From positions 1 through 64,000 of the forward strand of contig JBHLLG010000008.1 of assembly GCA_048885925.1 (NCBI GenBank): DNA of 64,000 bases. The letters run 5' to 3'. This DNA is from Candidatus Hermodarchaeota archaeon (lineage in GTDB: Archaea > Asgardarchaeota > Lokiarchaeia > Sigyniarchaeales > SOKP01). This document shows positions 58,352 through 64,000 of this stretch, piece after piece (position 1 is the stretch's first letter; every line of letters begins with the position of its first letter). The translations under genes and the position numbers were made by a program. The notes beneath the pieces were generated by a model that saw only the letters and a program-made list of their open reading frames with translations, ran no database searches and was not told the DNA's origin.

Positions 58352-59035
58352 GTGAGTAAAATAGTAAAAGAAACTATTCCCGCTAAAAGAAGTACTCATT
58401 TACGAAAAACAAATTCTCATGAATTACGAATTCAAATAAATAAAAGTACTCTTGATGATATTTTCATTATAAATGGAACCTCTTTTATCACTAAAAATAT
58501 TTCTAATTCAGATTTAATAATTGAACCAAATACTTACTATATGGTAATCAACCTTGGAAAGGAATCAGTAGAACTCCATTATAATCAGGATATTTCAAAC
58601 CATAAAATAATATATAATCCATATAAGTACGAATTTGCAAAGAAAGTCAACTTTGAACCAGAATTATTTAAAAATTTGTATCATGTTCCCCAAGGGTATA
58701 TTGATACGCTACCAAAATGGTACAGTTTTAAATTTACATATCCAGATTATAATTTAATATTTATCCGTCCAGAATTTGGACTTTCAATTCAAATTCATAA
58801 ATATAGGAATGAATCCTGGGAAGTTTTAGAGGGTAATCCTATAATAATCAGTAAGGATAAAGTTTTTTATTTTGTTGAGAATAAAACAACGTTTAAAAAT
58901 CCTATTAATACTTACCATTCTATTATTAATCCTAATAAAGCAGAAAATAAGTTTGTAATTATAAAAGAAAAATGGGATGGAAAATTCAATGAGAATGATA
59001 TAGAACGGATTTTTAACCCAAATCATTATAATTAA
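58352..59035 (+). CDS. Cupin-domain protein (type II PMI C-terminal-like) (GTG start)
   Basis: LSIQIHKYRNESWEVLEG...YHSI. Confidence 0.6.
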   Translation: MSKIVKETIPAKRSTHLRKTNSHELRIQINKSTLDDIFIINGTSFITKNISNSDLIIEPNTYYMVINLGKESVELHYNQDISNHKIIYNPYKYEFAKKVNFEPELFKNLYHVPQGYIDTLPKWYSFKFTYPDYNLIFIRPEFGLSIQIHKYRNESWEVLEGNPIIISKDKVFYFVENKTTFKNPINTYHSIINPNKAENKFVIIKEKWDGKFNENDIERIFNPNHYN

Positions 59036-59264
59036 TTCTTTTTTATTCATGAAATAAGTAGACAAAAAGAACCTTTTTTTTTAAAATATTATGAAGAGAG
59101 AGCTTCTCTTCAAAATTACATCTAACACTTATAAGTTTTATTATTTTTGCTAACTTAACCTAAAAGTTAAAATTTAATATAATACTACAAACCTTACCGT
59201 GATATATTATATAACAAAAAAAATTATAGAATAAAGTTAATGGAATAAGTAGATTGGTTAAAAA

Positions 59265-59837
59265 ATGGCTCCAAATGAACGTGATGATAAAGAAGAGTTA
59301 GAAGAGTCAGATCAAAAGTTTGATAATGATTCAGAAGAAGATCTAGATTCGGATGAACAACCAGAAACTGATTTAGAGGATGAATTGAAAGAAGAATTAG
59401 AAGAAAAGGATATAGATACTGAATCAGAGTTAGATCGACTACGATTCAAGTATAGGGGTTATACCTTAGAGGAACTAAGAAAAATGAATATGGACCAATT
59501 TATACAGCTATTACCAGCAAGAGCAAGACGTTCTCTGAAGCGTGGATTACCACCGAGACAAAAGAAGCTTCTTGAAAGGTTAAGAAGAGCATATAGAGCA
59601 AAGAAAAGAGGAAAAGATTTGCTCACTCGAACCCATGTAAGGGATATGATAATATTTCCTGAAATGGTTGGTTTAAAAATTGGAGTATACAATGGAAAAG
59701 AATATGTTACAGTTGATATTAAGCCAGATATGATAGCTCATTATCTAGGAGAATTTTCTCTCACAAGAAAAAGAGTTCAACATGGATCTCCTGGGATTGG
59801 AGCCACAAGAAGTTCCAAATATGTTCCATTGAAATAA
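59265..59837 (+). CDS. rps19p: 30S ribosomal protein uS19 with acidic N-terminal extension
   Basis: [37 protein letters not shown]. Confidence 0.96.
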   Translation: MAPNERDDKEELEESDQKFDNDSEEDLDSDEQPETDLEDELKEELEEKDIDTESELDRLRFKYRGYTLEELRKMNMDQFIQLLPARARRSLKRGLPPRQKKLLERLRRAYRAKKRGKDLLTRTHVRDMIIFPEMVGLKIGVYNGKEYVTVDIKPDMIAHYLGEFSLTRKRVQHGSPGIGATRSSKYVPLK

Positions 59838-59863
59838 AGAAAAATAAAAAAAGTTGATAAAAA

Positions 59864-60343
59864 TTGCCTACTTGGGGATATTCATTTACAGAAGGAAAAT
59901 ACGATGCTGATAGATTAGCAAAAGCATCAGGTCGTGATATTAGAGTTAAACCAAAGCATGCAAGAGAAATTTGTTCTGTAATAAAGGGAATGAAAGTTGA
60001 TCAGGCAAAAGTATTTTTAGAAAAAGTTATTCGCCTTGAACAATCAGTACCTTTCAGACGAGCCAAAAAAAAGACTGCCCATAAACATGATTTAAAACAA
60101 TTTAAATGGTATGCAGGAAGATATCCTCGAAAAACAGCAGCTAGGATCTATGAAATTCTCACATCGGTAGAATCAAATGCAGAATATAAAGGTTTAGATA
60201 TCGACCTTTGCAGAATTATCCATGCTGCCACACATAGGGGAAGAATAATAAAAAGATATATGTCTCGAGCTAGAGGCAGAAGCACATCAAAATTTAAATA
60301 TCTTTCACACATCGAAATCATAATTTATGAATTCCCAAGTTAG
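59864..60343 (+). CDS. rpl22p: 50S ribosomal protein uL22 (TTG start)
   Basis: KHAREIC..IKGM, GRYP.K, NAEYKGL, RARGR. Confidence 0.95.
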   Translation: MPTWGYSFTEGKYDADRLAKASGRDIRVKPKHAREICSVIKGMKVDQAKVFLEKVIRLEQSVPFRRAKKKTAHKHDLKQFKWYAGRYPRKTAARIYEILTSVESNAEYKGLDIDLCRIIHAATHRGRIIKRYMSRARGRSTSKFKYLSHIEIIIYEFPS

Positions 60344-60392
60344 GTAAATATTTGATAAAATCAAGATAATTAATATTAAAAGATTGAGAAAA

Positions 60393-61178
60393 ATGAGTCC
60401 TCTTGTGAAAAATTTTATTGAACAAGGAATTAAATTGATGCAAATAAATGAATATTTACGTTCAGAGTTAGTTCGAGCAGGGTTTGCTGGTGTTGAGTTA
60501 CAACGCACCCCATTAGGCGTAAGAATTACATTAAAAACTTCGCGTCCGGGTTTAGTGATTGGAAAAGGTGGGAAGAGAATTCAGGAGATAACAGATGTAC
60601 TTCAAGATAGATTTGGTTTGGAAATGCCTCAAATTGAAGTTGAAGAGGTCGCTGAGCCAGATTTAGATGCCCAAATTATGGCAGAAAGACTTGCATATTC
60701 ACTAGACAGAGGAAGACACTATAGAAGAGCAGGATATTATATTCTTAGAAAAGTAATGGACGCTGGAGCACGTGGAGTTGAAATTATTATATCTGGAAAA
60801 GTTACTTCACAAAGAGCTAGAACACAAATCTTTCGCGCCGGTACTATGTCTAAAAGTGGTCAACCTGCCCAAGAAGGCGTGGATAAGGGTGTTGCTCAAT
60901 GTATACAGAAATCAGGAGTATTAGGAATAATAGTAAAAATAATGCGAGCCGATACAAAAATGGGAGATGATATTAATATTAAGGAGGATCTTCTAACTAA
61001 GGCACAGGCACAGGCAGTTGCAAAATTAGCGAAAACACTAGTAGATTATGTGATTGAAGAAGAAGAAGGAGTTTTAAGTGAAGAAGATAAAAAATTGCTT
61101 GATGAAGTGAATGAAGAAGAAATTTCTGAAATTTCATTAACTTCTGAAGTTAAAGATGAAAAAAAAGGAAAAAAATAA
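60393..61178 (+). CDS. rps3p: 30S ribosomal protein uS3, acidic C-terminal tail
   Basis: RPGLVIGKGG, GARGVEIIISGK, GVLGIIVKI. Confidence 0.96.
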   Translation: MSPLVKNFIEQGIKLMQINEYLRSELVRAGFAGVELQRTPLGVRITLKTSRPGLVIGKGGKRIQEITDVLQDRFGLEMPQIEVEEVAEPDLDAQIMAERLAYSLDRGRHYRRAGYYILRKVMDAGARGVEIIISGKVTSQRARTQIFRAGTMSKSGQPAQEGVDKGVAQCIQKSGVLGIIVKIMRADTKMGDDINIKEDLLTKAQAQAVAKLAKTLVDYVIEEEEGVLSEEDKKLLDEVNEEEISEISLTSEVKDEKKGKK

Positions 61179-61206
61179 TTTGATTATAATAAAATTGTGA
61201 TAAGTT

Positions 61207-61404
61207 ATGGATATAATAACGGCTGAAAAAATTCGAGAAATGGATGATCGAGAAAGACAAAGAGTTTTAGTTAGTTTAAGAGAGGAATTAATGATGCTTT
61301 ATTCAATGCAAACAGGTGGCGGACTTTCTGACAATCCTGCAAAAGCTAAATTATTACGTAAACAAATAGCAAGAATATTAACTGTTATGAATGAAGAAAG
61401 ATGA
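61207..61404 (+). CDS. rpl29p: 50S ribosomal protein uL29
   Basis: IREM, NP.K...LRKQIARILT; operon position. Confidence 0.92.
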   Translation: MDIITAEKIREMDDRERQRVLVSLREELMMLYSMQTGGGLSDNPAKAKLLRKQIARILTVMNEER

Positions 61405-61718
61405 TGATCGATCCTAAATATTTAATATATCATGACCTCATAGGTTTTGATACTTATGCTAAACCCTTATCAATGTCTTTAAGTACGAAATTCGTGAATA
61501 TCGGTGTTGTAATTGATGAAACACGAAATATGTTAATTACTGAGAAGGATAATAAAATTAAGCGCTATATTAAGAAGAATTATATTTTTAGGTTTAAAAT
61601 ACCAAATTATGAAGATAATGAAGAGGATTATTATTTAGAAGTTAACGGAATCAGGATTATTGGACTTCCTATAAATAGATTGAGAAGCCTAAAGAAGAAG
61701 AGGTGGTTAAAAAAATGA
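61401..61718 (+). CDS. rnp1: Ribonuclease P protein component 1 (Rpp29/Pop4)
   Basis: HDLIG, GVVIDETRNML, V.G.RI.G.P..R; operon position. Confidence 0.88.
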   Translation: MMIDPKYLIYHDLIGFDTYAKPLSMSLSTKFVNIGVVIDETRNMLITEKDNKIKRYIKKNYIFRFKIPNYEDNEEDYYLEVNGIRIIGLPINRLRSLKKKRWLKK

Positions 61719-62068
61719 GTAGAAATATTGGGATCCCCGGAGTGGTTCCTCCTAAGACCAAACCCGAAGATTGTAAAGATCAGTCTTGTCCATTTCATGG
61801 AAATACAAAAATTAGAGGAAAAATCACTAAAGGGGTTGTTGTAAGTAAAAAGTCAAGAAATACTGTAATAATAAGACGAGATTATGTTCAATTTGTTAAA
61901 AAATATCAAAGATATGAGCGTCGAAATACCCGACTTGCCTGTCATTTACCCGATTGTTTAAACAATGAGATTTTGGTTGGAGATTTGGTAAGAGTTGGAG
62001 AATCACGAAAAATATCTAAAATGAAAGCATTTATAGTATTAGAGAAAATTGCAAGTGGGGTGATATAA
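61715..62068 (+). CDS. rps17p: 30S ribosomal protein uS17
   Basis: CPFHG, KKYQRYERR, HLPDC, GESRKISK. Confidence 0.95.
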   Translation: MSRNIGIPGVVPPKTKPEDCKDQSCPFHGNTKIRGKITKGVVVSKKSRNTVIIRRDYVQFVKKYQRYERRNTRLACHLPDCLNNEILVGDLVRVGESRKISKMKAFIVLEKIASGVI

Positions 62069-62494
62069 GTGGGAACAAGAAGAAAATTAGGAAGAAAAAC
62101 ATATGTTAAACCCCGTACTAGCTATGGATTATGTAATGGTTCTAGAATAAATATTGCAGACAATTCTGGAGCAAAAATTGCCAAAATCATAAATGTGGAT
62201 GGTTTTAAGACGAGGTTAAGAAGATTACCAAAAGCAACTGTTGGAAGTGTATGTACGGTTACAATAAAAAAGGGTAAACCAGAATTGCGAGGGAATATAG
62301 TAAAAGCAGTTATTGTTAGGCAAAAAATGATATACAGGCGACTAGATGGAACAAGACTTTGCTTCGAAGATAATGCTGGTGTATTAGTAACAAAAGAAGG
62401 TGATGCAAAAGCAACCGAAATAAGAGGTCCAATTGCACGAGAAGCAGCTGAAATGTTTCCAAGACTCGCATCAATTTCGTCTTTGATAATATAA
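62069..62494 (+). CDS. rpl14p: 50S ribosomal protein uL14 (GTG start)
   Basis: ADNSGAK, KKGKPELR, FEDNAGV, GPIAREAA. Confidence 0.96.
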   Translation: MGTRRKLGRKTYVKPRTSYGLCNGSRINIADNSGAKIAKIINVDGFKTRLRRLPKATVGSVCTVTIKKGKPELRGNIVKAVIVRQKMIYRRLDGTRLCFEDNAGVLVTKEGDAKATEIRGPIAREAAEMFPRLASISSLII

Positions 62495-62508
62495 AAGAGG
62501 GATCTAAA

Positions 62509-62937
62509 ATGAAAATTAAATCAAAACAACCAAGTAAACAAAGAAAAGCTCTCTACACCTACAGAAATCATCAACGCTCAAAATTACTTAGTACACGGGT
62601 AGCTGATTTTCTACGTGATGAATATGGAATTAAAAGACTTCCTCTTAGAGTAGGTGATCATGCAAGAATAACACGAGGAGAATTTTCTGATTTTGAAGGA
62701 GAGGTTATTGAAGTTACCAAAAACCAACGAGCTAAAATTAAAGAAGCTCAATTTGATAAAACAGATGGAACACAATTCCATCCAGCAATTCATATTTCAA
62801 ATTTAGTAATTACAAAATTCGCAAAAGAAAAAAAGATGGATCCATGGCGAGCAAATATGATTGAGAGAAAGGCTTTATTTGGCTTTTACGAAGAAGGATT
62901 AAAAGCTCCAAAGAAAGAAAAAGAGGAGGATAAATAA
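62509..62937 (+). CDS. rpl24p: 50S ribosomal protein uL24
   Basis: SKQPSKQRK, RVGD.ARITRG, IHISNLVI. Confidence 0.93.
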   Translation: MKIKSKQPSKQRKALYTYRNHQRSKLLSTRVADFLRDEYGIKRLPLRVGDHARITRGEFSDFEGEVIEVTKNQRAKIKEAQFDKTDGTQFHPAIHISNLVITKFAKEKKMDPWRANMIERKALFGFYEEGLKAPKKEKEEDK

Positions 62938-62940
62938 GAA

Positions 62941-63699
62941 ATGACTCGACATGGGGCTCAAAAAAGGTTGAAAAGACTTAATACTTCAGCGTTTTTACAG
63001 ATAAAAAGGAAGCATGGAATTTTTTTTGTTAAACCATCTCCTGGGCCGCATTCCAATAGATTTTGCTTACCACTTCTACACATCGTAAGAGATCTACTCA
63101 AAATCGTTGATAATCATAGAGAAGCAAAAAAAATAATTGGTTTAGGTTATATCAAGGTTGATGGTAAAACTATTACTGATGAGTCATTTCCAGTAGGATT
63201 GATGGACGTAGTTTCAATAGAAAAAATGAATAAACACTATAGAATCCTTCCAGATTCTCATCATGGCTTAATCTTACATGAAATTACGGAACAAGAAAGT
63301 ACATTCAAATTGTGCAGGATAACCAATAAAAAAACTCTAAAAGGAGGTCATATTCAGTTAAACCTACATGATGGACGAAATATCTTAATTAGAGTTCAAG
63401 ATCCAAAAAATCCAAAAGAGGATATATATAAACGAATGGATGTATTAAAGATTTCAATTCCAGAACAAGAAATTAATAAAATATTAAAATTTAAAGAAAA
63501 CAATATGGCAATCATCATGTCTGGAAAAAATATAGGACAAATTGGTAAGATTATTAGTATTTTAAAAAGATTTGGCCCCAAAGCAAGTACAGTCTCCATT
63601 CAACATGATGGTGATCATACAGAAACTCTCTATGATTATACATTTATTATAGGAGAAGAAAATTCTGAAATAGATTTACCAAAAATTAAAAGTGTATAA
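62941..63699 (+). CDS. rps4e: 30S ribosomal protein eS4
   Basis: PSPGPH, VDGK, FPVGLMDV, QLNLHDGRN. Confidence 0.96.
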   Translation: MTRHGAQKRLKRLNTSAFLQIKRKHGIFFVKPSPGPHSNRFCLPLLHIVRDLLKIVDNHREAKKIIGLGYIKVDGKTITDESFPVGLMDVVSIEKMNKHYRILPDSHHGLILHEITEQESTFKLCRITNKKTLKGGHIQLNLHDGRNILIRVQDPKNPKEDIYKRMDVLKISIPEQEINKILKFKENNMAIIMSGKNIGQIGKIISILKRFGPKASTVSIQHDGDHTETLYDYTFIIGEENSEIDLPKIKSV

Positions 63700-63728
63700 T
63701 TAAAAAATAAAAATTTTGTGATTAAAGA

Positions 63729-64000
63729 ATGTCATCCAAAACTAAAATAAATAAACTAGATACCCTAACAAAAGAATTTGAAGAAAAATGGAAAAATCCA
63801 ATGAAACGTCCATTTTTAGAAAAATTAACATTAAATATAGGAGTTGGAGCGGGAGGGGAGGAATTAGAAAAAGCAGTTACAGTCTTAGAAACAATAACAA
63901 ATCAAAAAGCAATTAAAACACTATCTAAGAAAAATGTGAAGGAATTTAATTTAAGAAAAGGGCGTCCAATTGGGGCTAAAGTGACTATAAGAGGTCAAAA
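63729..64000 (+). CDS. rpl5p: 50S ribosomal protein uL5, 3'-truncated
   Basis: NPMKRP.LEKLTLNIGVG.GGEELEKA, RKGRPIGAKVTIRG. Confidence 0.94.
   Translation, partial: MSSKTKINKLDTLTKEFEEKWKNPMKRPFLEKLTLNIGVGAGGEELEKAVTVLETITNQKAIKTLSKKNVKEFNLRKGRPIGAKVTIRGQ

Noticed and set aside
1321-63599. Numerous 60-150 aa ORFs antisense to, or nested within, long genes (e.g. 2794-3120, 24313-24759, 36287-36604)
   Set aside because: Shadows of well-supported genes with no recognisable motifs

Overview
Low-GC (by eye under about 30%), gene-dense archaeal chromosome segment, most likely an Asgard archaeon of the Lokiarchaeia. That assignment is an inference from the archaeal ribosomal proteins plus many eukaryote-signature-like genes. 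Housekeeping content: an operon for lipoate (LipS1/LipS2/LplA) and F420 (CofE-nitroreductase fusion, CofD), a bacterial/archaeal chimeric LeuRS, an oligopeptide ABC system, RNA methyltransferases, two RadA/RadB paralogs, and the start of a split S10/spc ribosomal operon. Most notable observations: (i) a tRNA-Gln(UUG) interrupted by two non-canonical introns (15/16 and 48/49); (ii) a tandem pair of Bet3/TRAPP-V4R-like genes near longin and roadblock genes, one probably starting at a CTG that adds an Arf/Sar1-like amphipathic helix; (iii) a proto-ER-like translocon/N-glycosylation set (Sec61beta head-to-head with ribophorin I, GPT, a DC2/OSTC-like protein and a DPM2-like protein); (iv) evidence for ATT and CTG initiation. 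No CRISPR array, rRNA or mobile element was seen. All family calls come from motif recognition by eye, not database searches.
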